Shown: positions 18,896 through 27,980 of the stretch, piece after piece
How the letters are laid out: the number at the start of each line of letters is the position of its first letter
Position numbering within the stretch: position 1 is the first letter of the stretch
NCBI GenBank assembly: GCA_965209095.1
Contig: OZ242381.1
Span: 3,589,052 to 3,653,051, forward strand
Length of the DNA: 64,000 nt
Source: Candidatus Poribacteria bacterium
GTDB lineage: Bacteria > Poribacteria > WGA-4E > WGA-3G
Direction: 5' to 3'
Program-made: the position numbers and the translations under genes
The notes under the pieces: generated by a model
Told to the model about the DNA's origin: nothing
The model's input: only the letters and a program-made list of their open reading frames with translations
Databases searched by the model: none

Positions 18896-19744
18896 ATGAA
18901 AATTGGACTGATTTCAGACTTGCATACTGATGCTTCCGAAGCAAATAAGGCAATTGTTTCCCACATTATCAACGTTGTCCGAGATGCTAATCTTGATATT
19001 TTTATCCTTGCGGGTGATGTAACCCCCAAATTATCTGAATTCTATGAAGTCCTTGGTGAATTTGCCAATGCAGGTTTGGCAGGTCAAAAGTTGTTTGTTC
19101 CGGGAAACCACGATATTTGGGTCGGCAAGAACGCAAACATGACGAGTGAACAAAAGTGTGGTGTCATTTCAGAAATATGTGAAGACCACGGGTTTCATTC
19201 TCTTATGGATGCCCCTTATATCGTTGGACAGACAGGTTTCTGCGGTACTATCGGTTGGTATGATTATACCTTTGCCTCGGATGAATATGACTTTTCAACA
19301 GAGCAGTATGCAGAAAAACAGTTGATGAAATCAATCTGGAGCGACAAACTATATGCGAAATGGCCTGATACAGACGAGAATATAGCACACCGATTTGAGA
19401 AAGAACTTGATCAACAGATTGAATCCATAAAAGACAAACTACAACGTATCATTGTCGTCACACATCACGTTCCTTTTCGTGATTGTATACGTTATCGTGG
19501 AGAATTGCCTTGGGACTATTTCCGTGCGTTTATGGGAAGTGAGGGACTTGGAAGGATATGTCTGCAGGAACCACTTGTCACACACGTTCTTTTTGGTCAT
19601 GTCCATTATGCTATTAATCAGCAGGTTGAGAACGTGAAGGCAATCTGTGCCCCAATCGGTTATCTGCATAAAACATCATTTGAAGAACTGCAGGCTTTTG
19701 TTGAACAGAGATTTGCTTGTTTTTCTTTACCAAACGAATTCTAA
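18896..19744 (+). CDS. Calcineurin-like metallophosphoesterase
   Basis: SDLH, AGD, PGNHD, THHVP and FGHVH motifs. Confidence 0.9.
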   Translation: MKIGLISDLHTDASEANKAIVSHIINVVRDANLDIFILAGDVTPKLSEFYEVLGEFANAGLAGQKLFVPGNHDIWVGKNANMTSEQKCGVISEICEDHGFHSLMDAPYIVGQTGFCGTIGWYDYTFASDEYDFSTEQYAEKQLMKSIWSDKLYAKWPDTDENIAHRFEKELDQQIESIKDKLQRIIVVTHHVPFRDCIRYRGELPWDYFRAFMGSEGLGRICLQEPLVTHVLFGHVHYAINQQVENVKAICAPIGYLHKTSFEELQAFVEQRFACFSLPNEF

Positions 19745-19771
19745 TAAAGAAGAAATATTTAGGAGAACATA

Positions 19772-20131
19772 ATGGATATAACACTAACAAATAGTAATGA
19801 AGCTGGAGTCCTTGAATTTCCGTGGGGTGCAATAAAATGGCTCTGTAATGATCAGATTGATCCAGAAGCAGAGATGACATTTGGTGTCGTCTACATCAAC
19901 GCAGGTGAAGGAAATCCCACCCATTATCATCCGAACTGTGAGGAGTTAATCTATGTGTTATCTGGTGAGTGTGATCATAAGTTAGGGGATGAGATAATTC
20001 CGCTCAGACCTGGGAATATGTTGCGTATTCCGCGCAATGTCAAACACAATGCTGTCAACACCGGATGGCAACCCGTGACGATGATTATCTGCTATTCTGA
20101 TGCTGATAGACAGACCGTTTTTTGTGAATAA
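19772..20131 (+). CDS. Cupin domain protein
   Basis: HYHPNCEELIYVLSG...IPRNVKH. Confidence 0.9.
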   Translation: MDITLTNSNEAGVLEFPWGAIKWLCNDQIDPEAEMTFGVVYINAGEGNPTHYHPNCEELIYVLSGECDHKLGDEIIPLRPGNMLRIPRNVKHNAVNTGWQPVTMIICYSDADRQTVFCE

Positions 20132-20150
20132 GGAAAGGATTGGAAACATT

Positions 20151-20840
20151 ATGTCTGAAGAAACAAGATGCAAAGTAAAAATCTGCGGCATAACATCAGT
20201 CCACGATGCTTGTCTTGCTGCTGATGCAGGGGCAGATTACATCGGTGTATTGGTTGACGTTGCAGCATCAGAACGAACGATGAAAACTACACAGGCAGTA
20301 GAAATCGCCAGAGGTAGTCCTATCCCAACGGTATTGTTGTTATATAACCGCTCTACGTCTGAAATACAAGACGCAGTATCACAAATTCAAACCTTTGCAG
20401 TGCAACTGCTTGGACAGGAGACACCACAACAGGTTGAAGAACTCAAACGTGATGCATCATGTCAGTTCTGGAAATCTGTCTATCTGCCGGCAGGAAGTCC
20501 AGAAAATGTTGACAAATCAGCAGTGCATGCACAGATGCAAGCATACCAGAATGCTGGTGCGGATTATCTCCTGTTTGATACGGTTGACATAAGTGTTGAT
20601 CCACCTCGCTATGGTGGTACGGGGAAAAGATATGATTGGGGCCTCGCTGCAGAACTGATTTCGGAAAGTCCGTTGCCTGTTTTCTTAGCTGGCGGGATTC
20701 GTCCTAATAACGTCATAGCTGCTATTGAAAACATAAATCCTTACGGGATAGACCTCTGTTCAGGTGTTGAAGCCTCAAAAGGTGTGAAAGATAAACAGAA
20801 ACTGGAACAACTCATGGAACAAGTGAGAAATACTGATTGA
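20151..20840 (+). CDS. trpF: Phosphoribosylanthranilate isomerase
   Basis: VKICGIT, GGTGKRYDW, FLAGGI, DLCSGVE. Confidence 0.9.
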   Translation: MSEETRCKVKICGITSVHDACLAADAGADYIGVLVDVAASERTMKTTQAVEIARGSPIPTVLLLYNRSTSEIQDAVSQIQTFAVQLLGQETPQQVEELKRDASCQFWKSVYLPAGSPENVDKSAVHAQMQAYQNAGADYLLFDTVDISVDPPRYGGTGKRYDWGLAAELISESPLPVFLAGGIRPNNVIAAIENINPYGIDLCSGVEASKGVKDKQKLEQLMEQVRNTD

Positions 20841-20943
20841 TAGAAATGACTTTTGTTTTATAAAATCCTTGAATTCAGACATGAAAATAAGATATACTTT
20901 TAGAGTATTTACGATGTGAAAAACGCGAATATCCTGAGTATAT

Positions 20944-21075
20944 CAGGACTTACGCATTCCCCCTTGATAAGGGGGGTAGGGGGGTTAAAAGTCGTGATTT
21001 CAATGATATTTCAGTGATTTAACCCCCTAAATCCCCCTTATCAGTGGGACTTTAAGAAAGACTGCGTAAGTCCTG
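20944..21075. mobile_element. CAGGACTTACGCA-TIR MITE, 132 bp
   Basis: Perfect TIRs; 5-bp TSD TATAT; internal CCCCCTAAATCCCCCTT-type REP pair. Confidence 0.9.
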
Positions 21076-21112
21076 TATATAACAAACTTTTTTATAACCT
21101 AAGGAGCCTAAC

Positions 21113-21880
21113 ATGAAATTTAAGGCATTTCAGTTTACTATTATTTTTCTTATAATGGGGATAATTTCTATTTTCGCACCTTCTACTGTTTTAGCAGATG
21201 CACATGAGACAGAAGGTGAGATGGCACCAGAAGCCGAAGCAATGGAAGAGAAACCGGGTGTTTCGGGATGGTTTCAAATTGATATAGATAGTTTAGGTAG
21301 TTATTTCTTGATTGGAGCAAGTCATCCAGTCGGCGGTCTCTCAATCGCTTCTAATATTTATGTGAATGAAAAACACGATTATAATTTTGAAGATGGTAGT
21401 CACAGTCACAGATACTTAGGTGAATTTGATCTCGGTGTGACAGTTCCTGTCGTATCTTCTGATAGTTTATCGTTAGCATTGCAGCCGATGGTAGGTATTG
21501 GTTTTGATTATACTGGAGCAGATGGACCTCATGCACTTTATCCGCAGGTTTTTGCTTTCCTTAATGCAAATGATTTCTTCCTCTTCCACTGGACCATCAG
21601 TACGATCTATTCCATATTTGAAGAAGATAGTATTGATGAATTATACAATCGCACTTATCTCACCTATGCTCTGAATGATACAATTGCTATTGGACCTCAA
21701 GTTGAGTCAGTGCTTGGTCTCGGAGAAAAGGGGGAGTTATGGGCATTCAATTTCGGTGCACGTCTCAATATCGGCTACGGTACGGCAAATACACTTGGGA
21801 TATATGTCGGTTATGAAACAAAGAAAGGTGATGATGAAACGGGCCTTACTGGTAGAATGAACTTTACCCGTTTCTGGTAG
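21113..21880 (+). CDS. Putative outer-membrane beta-barrel/porin, paralogue 1
   Basis: Signal peptide, alternating strands, terminal aromatic (FTRFW); collinear with 23739-24524. Confidence 0.65.
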   Translation: MKFKAFQFTIIFLIMGIISIFAPSTVLADAHETEGEMAPEAEAMEEKPGVSGWFQIDIDSLGSYFLIGASHPVGGLSIASNIYVNEKHDYNFEDGSHSHRYLGEFDLGVTVPVVSSDSLSLALQPMVGIGFDYTGADGPHALYPQVFAFLNANDFFLFHWTISTIYSIFEEDSIDELYNRTYLTYALNDTIAIGPQVESVLGLGEKGELWAFNFGARLNIGYGTANTLGIYVGYETKKGDDETGLTGRMNFTRFW

Positions 21881-21891
21881 AACAGATTTGA

Positions 21892-21922
21892 ATAGAGGCG
21901 CGGTTGTTCACTGCGTCTCTAT
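21892..21922. terminator. Probable bidirectional terminator between convergent genes
   Basis: 12-bp stem (two G-U pairs) with a 7-nt loop and T-rich flank. Confidence 0.6.
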
Positions 21923-23347
21923 TTATTTCCTTAACAGATAGATATGTATTGTCCTATCCTTTGCCCGTGAGAATGCGGGGAATGATTCAATCAAACGACC
22001 TCTCTGGCGAACCCAATTACGGACTGCCTTATCCGCATCAAAAACGTTAAAACTTGCGACATCAACGAGAAACCATAGTCGTTCCATCTCAGTAGATTCC
22101 CACCGTTTTTCAAAATCCTCCTGATTATCTAACAGTTCCTCAACATAAACTTGATCCATTTCTGGCAAATAAAATACACCCATTCGTGGTTCGGAAAGAA
22201 CTATCTTATCAGTTGGTTGCATCTGTAATTCAACAAAATTGAATGCTTCTCTCCATTTAGGTCGCCCTCCATTTTCGTATTGAAAATAGAGATAATTTTG
22301 TGATAACAACACGATAATAAGCAGAGCAGGTAAAAGTGCTTTAAATAGCGTGTTTTTGTCTGCCTTTATAGCACACCAAACTTGTTCACAGGTAACTGCG
22401 GCAAGTATGAAATATGCAGGAGTTGTCCAAAACAGATAGTAACCCGCGACGTTCTGCAGTTGAGATGCAATCAATAGTAGTCCCAAAGGCACCCCTGCGA
22501 AACAGATTAAAAACCGTGTGGGACGGTTCTGCCGATCTACCATAGCAGTAAAAAATGCAGTAACAGCAATAGGAATGCTAACCCCCTGAACGATTGTTAG
22601 AATCACATAAATCGGACTCCTTCCCCATTCATTGTGTCCCCATCCTGATGAAATATAATCACGAACCTGTGGCAGTGCAAGCATAAGTACAGGGATAGTA
22701 AACGGAAGGAAGAATATAATCAGATTACCCCACCGTTTTTTGTTACGTTTTTCTGAAAGTTGAAGGATCGAATAGACTGCTAAAGCAGGAACAATCGCTG
22801 CAGCCAAGAGATGTGATAAAATAAGACAGATACTGGTAATTAGCGCGCCTATTGTTAAAAGTGTTGAATCGTTTTCAAGACTTCGGTAGAAAAACCAAGC
22901 TGCCAATATTCCAAACAGAAAGGTGAGGATGTATGAACGCGCATTTTGCGACCAAAAGAGATGCCAGTTTGACATCGCAACGAAAGTAGACGCGAATAAC
23001 CCAACTCTATTGTTGTATAAGGTCTTTCCCAGACTAAAGACTATCGGTATTGATATAATCCCCGCAATACAGAAAATAAGACGACTATTCCACTCACTAC
23101 CTCCATTAAATAAGAAAGACAAGTTTTGACCAATAAAAATAGAAAACTTCGCTGCGATATAAGGAATTGGGTTAATTGGTGAATTGGAGAGAGAAAATTC
23201 TTTTGCATCAAGTACGGTAAGGACCTCGTCAATCCAAAAACTCCATGTGCCAAGGTGCCAAAATCGTAGGAATGCCCCGATGCCGACTATGCAGACAAGG
23301 AATATATGCTTATTTTTTAGGCAATTTTGTGATGAAAATTTCAGCAT
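21923..23347 (-). CDS. GT-C fold glycosyltransferase (GT39/PMT-ArnT-like)
   Basis: SFWIDE lumenal motif, SQNARSY, many TM helices. Confidence 0.85.
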   Translation of the reverse strand: MLKFSSQNCLKNKHIFLVCIVGIGAFLRFWHLGTWSFWIDEVLTVLDAKEFSLSNSPINPIPYIAAKFSIFIGQNLSFLFNGGSEWNSRLIFCIAGIISIPIVFSLGKTLYNNRVGLFASTFVAMSNWHLFWSQNARSYILTFLFGILAAWFFYRSLENDSTLLTIGALITSICLILSHLLAAAIVPALAVYSILQLSEKRNKKRWGNLIIFFLPFTIPVLMLALPQVRDYISSGWGHNEWGRSPIYVILTIVQGVSIPIAVTAFFTAMVDRQNRPTRFLICFAGVPLGLLLIASQLQNVAGYYLFWTTPAYFILAAVTCEQVWCAIKADKNTLFKALLPALLIIVLLSQNYLYFQYENGGRPKWREAFNFVELQMQPTDKIVLSEPRMGVFYLPEMDQVYVEELLDNQEDFEKRWESTEMERLWFLVDVASFNVFDADKAVRNWVRQRGRLIESFPAFSRAKDRTIHIYLLRK

Positions 23348-23580
23348 TTTTACCAGAAACCGATCTGTATAAACATTGATAAAAAGAACATAGAAATAAC
23401 TAATTCTGGTGCCAATTATGGTCTATCGGGGTTAGAAACCCCTCCTACAAACCGTAGGTGGCAACTTAGGTTATATAGTTGAAAGATAAAATTTTATGAA
23501 AGGTGATACATAAGGATAAAACTACTGTTTGTCTCATGTATAAGGTATCTCAACATCGTAAGATACCCGTACATGCTTAA

Positions 23581-23597
23581 TTGGCACATATATTGCT
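23581..23597 (+). promoter_or_regulatory. sigma54 (-24/-12) promoter
   Basis: TTGGCAC-ATATA-TTGCT matches TGGCAC-N5-TTGC; lies ahead of porin and amt. Confidence 0.8.
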
Positions 23598-23738
23598 TTA
23601 AGACAAGCAGTGCAACTAAGCACAGATTTTATCACAGGTTGATGCCAGAATCAAGCACAAGCGTTCACAAACTGGCATAAACACTCTTTTTGCACGATGA
23701 TGATTCGTGCTGAAATAAATAAATCTAAGGAGATTTAA

Positions 23739-24524
23739 ATGAAAATCAAAGCGTTTTGGTTACCCTTATTTCTTGCAATAGTTGGTATGCTCGTAGTTGG
23801 TAGTGTTCCGATGGTTTATGCGGATGGCCACGAAGCGGGTGAAGAGATGGAAATGGAAGAGGAATCAGGTGTTTCCGGTTGGTTTCGTACTGACACAGAT
23901 AGTCTTGGAACACAAATCTGGTTTGGTGGCAGTTATCCAATGGGAAGTGTCTCTATAGACAGTGACATATATGTTGTTGGCACCTTCGCAGAATTTGATC
24001 TTGGAGTAGGTATCCCTGCTATTGATAGTGATTCACTTTCACTTACTTTTCTACCTATGGTCGGTATTGGATTTGACTATGAGTCGGCAAATGGACCTTC
24101 TTCTCTGATCGCTCCGCAGCTATTTACCTATCTTGAAGCGGGTTCTATCTATTTTGAATCGTGGATTCAAGGATTCTTCAATTCACCTTTTAATGAAGAC
24201 GGTCAAGTTGTCAACCATGAAATTGGAGATGATGAAAGTGTTGAGCATATGGTTGAGGATGATATAGTAGTAGATTCAATCTACACAAGGGATTTTGTCC
24301 TCTATTCTGTTACTGACAACATTGCTATCGGTCCGCAAGTTGAAGCAACAATTAATTTAGGTGACGATGGTGGTCTTGGAAGTCTCGTTGTTGGTGGGCG
24401 GATCAATATGGCTTATGGTGAAAACAACACGCTCGGTCTGTTTGTTGGTTATGAAACACAACTTGATGAGGATTCGGAAGATACGGGACTTACCGGTAGA
24501 ATGACATTCGTTCGTACTTGGTAG
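23739..24524 (+). CDS. Putative outer-membrane beta-barrel/porin, paralogue 2
   Basis: AAGGAG RBS, signal peptide, terminal FVRTW; directly upstream of amt. Confidence 0.65.
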   Translation: MKIKAFWLPLFLAIVGMLVVGSVPMVYADGHEAGEEMEMEEESGVSGWFRTDTDSLGTQIWFGGSYPMGSVSIDSDIYVVGTFAEFDLGVGIPAIDSDSLSLTFLPMVGIGFDYESANGPSSLIAPQLFTYLEAGSIYFESWIQGFFNSPFNEDGQVVNHEIGDDESVEHMVEDDIVVDSIYTRDFVLYSVTDNIAIGPQVEATINLGDDGGLGSLVVGGRINMAYGENNTLGLFVGYETQLDEDSEDTGLTGRMTFVRTW

Positions 24525-24696
24525 TTCATTGTATTAGGGCAGCAATCGTGCTGTTTTATCTATAGTATACATCGCGAATCTATGATGGACTATTCCTTGA
24601 TGATTCGCGATGACACAATATATTATTCAACGGATAACATCTCTCAGTTCTTCAAAGTATTGAAAAGCAATTTTATTGAAATATAGGAGATATTAA

Positions 24697-26076
24697 ATGA
24701 CAAAAAAGGTTGTTGTAGCAATCTTTGTCCTCACCTGCTTGGTAAGTATTAACGTTTTCGCTCTAAATGGGTTGATAGAAGGTGAAGACGGAAACCTTAC
24801 AAAGGTAGAGGATTCAAAGTATATGGGAGACACACTCTGGGTGCTGGTTGCTGCGTTTCTGGTATTCTTTATGCAGGCTGGTTTTGCTATGGTGGAGTCT
24901 GGGTTCACACGGGCAAAAAATGCTGTGAACATTCTCATGAAAAACCTGATGGACTTTTCAATGGGTTCAATTGCTTATTGGGCAATCGGTTTTGCGATAA
25001 TGTTCGGTGCTGGTAATGCGTTCATGGGGACAAGCGGTTGGTTTGTTCCTTCCGAAGAACTTTCTGCTGGAGCAGCAGCTAGTTCCAGTGTGTTTAGTTC
25101 GTTAGAATGGAGTTCTGTTCCAACCTATGCAGCGTGGTTATTCCAACTTGTATTCGCCGCAACAGCAGCAACTATCGTCTCTGGTGCAATGGCAGAACGG
25201 ACACAGTTTAAGAGTTATTTGATTTATAGTATTTTCATCACAGGTATCATCTACCCGATTGTTGGTCACTGGGTGTGGGGTGGCGGTTGGCTATCAAGTT
25301 TAGGTATGTCTGACTTTGCTGGCTCAACCGTTGTTCATTCAACAGGTGGCTGGCTTGCCTTAACTGGTGCTATCGTCTTAGGTCCACGGCTTGGAAAATT
25401 TGATGGTGAAGGTAAACCGAGACCGATTGCCGGTCACAACCTACCACTTGCAGCACTCGGTGTGTTCATCTTGTGGCTCGGTTGGTTCGGGTTTAATCCT
25501 GGGAGCCAAATGGGTGCAGATGCCCTTGATATCGCTCATATCGCTATCACCACAAATCTTGCAGCCGCTGCAGGTGCAATAACTGCCATGATTACCGCTT
25601 GGATTATGCTTGGCAAACCTGATGCTGGTATGTCCCTTAATGGTGCACTCGGTGGATTGGTAACAATTACCGCTGGTTGTGCCTCTGTCAGTCCGACATC
25701 CGCTGCAATAATGGGAGCGATTGGTGGAATCGTCGTTGTTCTCAGTGTCTTGTTGATTGAAAATCTACGGATTGACGATCCTGTTGGGGCAATTTCAGTT
25801 CACGGGACGTGCGGTGCATTAGGTACACTCCTGCTTGGATTCTTTGACAGTTCATCTGGTGTTTTCTTTGGTGGTGGATTTTCACTACTCTGGGCACAGT
25901 TCGTGGGTGTTGTTGCTGTTTTCGCATGGTGTCTTGTTACAGGCTTTATTCTTTTCTATGCAATTAAAGCAGCTACAGGATTGCGGGTTACACAAGAAGA
26001 AGAACAAGCTGGACTTGACTATGAAGAGCATGGTGCAAGTGCCTATCCAGACTTCAATGTCTCTTCAATTCGTTAA
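24697..26076 (+). CDS. amt: Ammonium transporter (Amt1-type)
   Basis: FMQAGFAMVESG, SGAMAER, DFAGSTVVH, GWFGFNPG, DDPVGAISVHG. Confidence 0.95.
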   Translation: MTKKVVVAIFVLTCLVSINVFALNGLIEGEDGNLTKVEDSKYMGDTLWVLVAAFLVFFMQAGFAMVESGFTRAKNAVNILMKNLMDFSMGSIAYWAIGFAIMFGAGNAFMGTSGWFVPSEELSAGAAASSSVFSSLEWSSVPTYAAWLFQLVFAATAATIVSGAMAERTQFKSYLIYSIFITGIIYPIVGHWVWGGGWLSSLGMSDFAGSTVVHSTGGWLALTGAIVLGPRLGKFDGEGKPRPIAGHNLPLAALGVFILWLGWFGFNPGSQMGADALDIAHIAITTNLAAAAGAITAMITAWIMLGKPDAGMSLNGALGGLVTITAGCASVSPTSAAIMGAIGGIVVVLSVLLIENLRIDDPVGAISVHGTCGALGTLLLGFFDSSSGVFFGGGFSLLWAQFVGVVAVFAWCLVTGFILFYAIKAATGLRVTQEEEQAGLDYEEHGASAYPDFNVSSIR

Positions 26077-26328
26077 TAATTTTATGGATAACCATTAATA
26101 TTTAGGTTTAGGTTACAGATCAATTAGGTTCGCCCATAGGAAGTTTAGCATATCCCTGAGTTATACTTCTTGACATGTGGGCGTTCCTATCTTACTGTTG
26201 CCATAAATTGCAATTACTTGATACCATCTCTATATTTTGATAAAATGCTTTACCAATACTTGAAGAATTGAGATTTTTGAGATACGTTAACAAGTTAGTT
26301 TATTTCGTGTAAAGAATAAGAAATGATA

Positions 26329-26348
26329 GATTGACAAAGTTGTCAATC
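26329..26348. promoter_or_regulatory. Perfect palindrome overlapping a TTGACA box upstream of amtB
   Basis: GATTGACAA-AG-TTGTCAATC. Confidence 0.6.
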
Positions 26349-26404
26349 TGCATAGTTACAACAAACAAGCATTATCGCTTGTAAGAAGAACAAGGAGGCT
26401 AAAG

Positions 26405-27826
26405 ATGCAACAACGAAGTGCATCGCATTGGACAAAGAAGCGTTTTAGTTATCCACTAATTGGAACGCTTATATTAATATTATTGTTATCTGGTGTGTCA
26501 AGTCTTATGTTGACTTATGATGTGTTTGCAGACCAGCATGAAGCAGCTGAACAGGCGGCGGATGGAGATGCCGCAGAAGCAGAATCTGCTATAGATTCTG
26601 GTGATACTGCGTGGATGCTTACTTCAACGGCACTTGTGCTGTTTATGACGATTCCTGGGCTTGCTCTTTTCTATGGCGGTCTTGTACGTGTTCAAAACGT
26701 GCTATCTGTGTTAATGCAGTGTTTTGCACTGACAGGGATAATCACGGTCGTATGGATTGTCTGTGGGTATAGCCTCGCATTCAATACCGCAGGTATGGAA
26801 GCGGGTAAAATAACATTTAACTCATTCGTTGGTGGACTTGGAACAATTTTCCTGAAAGGTGTTAGTTTAAAAAGCGAAAGTGGCACGATCCCCGAAACCG
26901 TTTTTGTTGTTTTCCAAATGACATTTGCAATTATCACACCAGCCCTCATCGTAGGTGCGTTTGCAGAACGGATGAAGTTTTCTGCTATGCTGATCTTTTC
27001 GGTAATTTGGTCAATAATCGTCTACGCACCTATTTGCCACATGGCATGGTCAGGAGAAGGTGCTCTATTTCATACGATTGGAGCACTTGATTTTGCGGGT
27101 GGAAATGTCGTGCATATTAACGCAGGTATTGCAGCGTTAGTCGCCGCTATCTTAGTTGGTAAACGACTGGGTTATGGAACGACAGCGATGCCACCGCACA
27201 GCTTAACGCTCACCGTTGTCGGTGCGTCAATGCTCTGGGTAGGTTGGTTCGGTTTCAATGCTGGCAGTGCTGCTGCCGCAAACGATCAAGCTGGCATGGC
27301 TATGCTTGTCACGCAGGTTTCAACCGCAACCGCAGCAATTACATGGATGTTTATTGAATGGATCAAACATGGTAAACCGAGTGTTTTAGGTATTGTTACG
27401 GGTGCCGTCGGTGGACTTGTTGCGATTACACCTGCTTCAGGTTCAGTCGGTCCGATGGGGGCACTCGTTATCGGATTTGCCTCTGGAGCCATCTGTTTCT
27501 GGGGTGCTACCAGTTTGAAAGCGAAACTCGGTTATGACGATTCATTGGATGCGTTCGGTGTTCACGGGATCGGTGGTATTGTCGGTGCGTTATTGACAGG
27601 TGTTTTCACAGCAAGTGCATTAGGTGGTGCGGGTATGGATGTTGGCATCGGTATGCAGGTGTGGAAACAGTTTCTGAGCATTGTTATCACTATCATTTGG
27701 AGTGGTGTGCTTTCATTTATTATCCTTAAAATCGTTGATGCTATTGTTGGCTTACGCGTTGAAGAGGATGATGAACGGATGGGTCTTGACCTGTCGCAAC
27801 ACAATGAACGTGGGTATAATCTATAA
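26405..27826 (+). CDS. amtB: Ammonium transporter (AmtB-type)
   Basis: FMTIPGLALFYGG, GAFAER, DFAGGNVVH, DDSLDAFGVHG. Confidence 0.95.
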   Translation: MQQRSASHWTKKRFSYPLIGTLILILLLSGVSSLMLTYDVFADQHEAAEQAADGDAAEAESAIDSGDTAWMLTSTALVLFMTIPGLALFYGGLVRVQNVLSVLMQCFALTGIITVVWIVCGYSLAFNTAGMEAGKITFNSFVGGLGTIFLKGVSLKSESGTIPETVFVVFQMTFAIITPALIVGAFAERMKFSAMLIFSVIWSIIVYAPICHMAWSGEGALFHTIGALDFAGGNVVHINAGIAALVAAILVGKRLGYGTTAMPPHSLTLTVVGASMLWVGWFGFNAGSAAAANDQAGMAMLVTQVSTATAAITWMFIEWIKHGKPSVLGIVTGAVGGLVAITPASGSVGPMGALVIGFASGAICFWGATSLKAKLGYDDSLDAFGVHGIGGIVGALLTGVFTASALGGAGMDVGIGMQVWKQFLSIVITIIWSGVLSFIILKIVDAIVGLRVEEDDERMGLDLSQHNERGYNL

Positions 27827-27851
27827 ATGATTTAGATTCACTTATCAAGAT

Positions 27852-27956
27852 TAGGTGCACTTTGATGAAGATTAAGTTTTTAATTCGGTGATATTCGGGC
27901 GGGGAAACCCCGCCCCTACGATAATTTTTATTTAATCTTCATCAAAGCGTGCCTAC
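27852..27956. repeat. Inverted-repeat element enclosing a GGGCGGGGAAACCCCGCCCCTAC REP between convergent genes
   Basis: About 25-bp imperfect IRs containing CTTTGATGAAGATTAA. Confidence 0.65.
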
Positions 27957-27980
27957 GAATATTCAATCAACAAAGACAGA

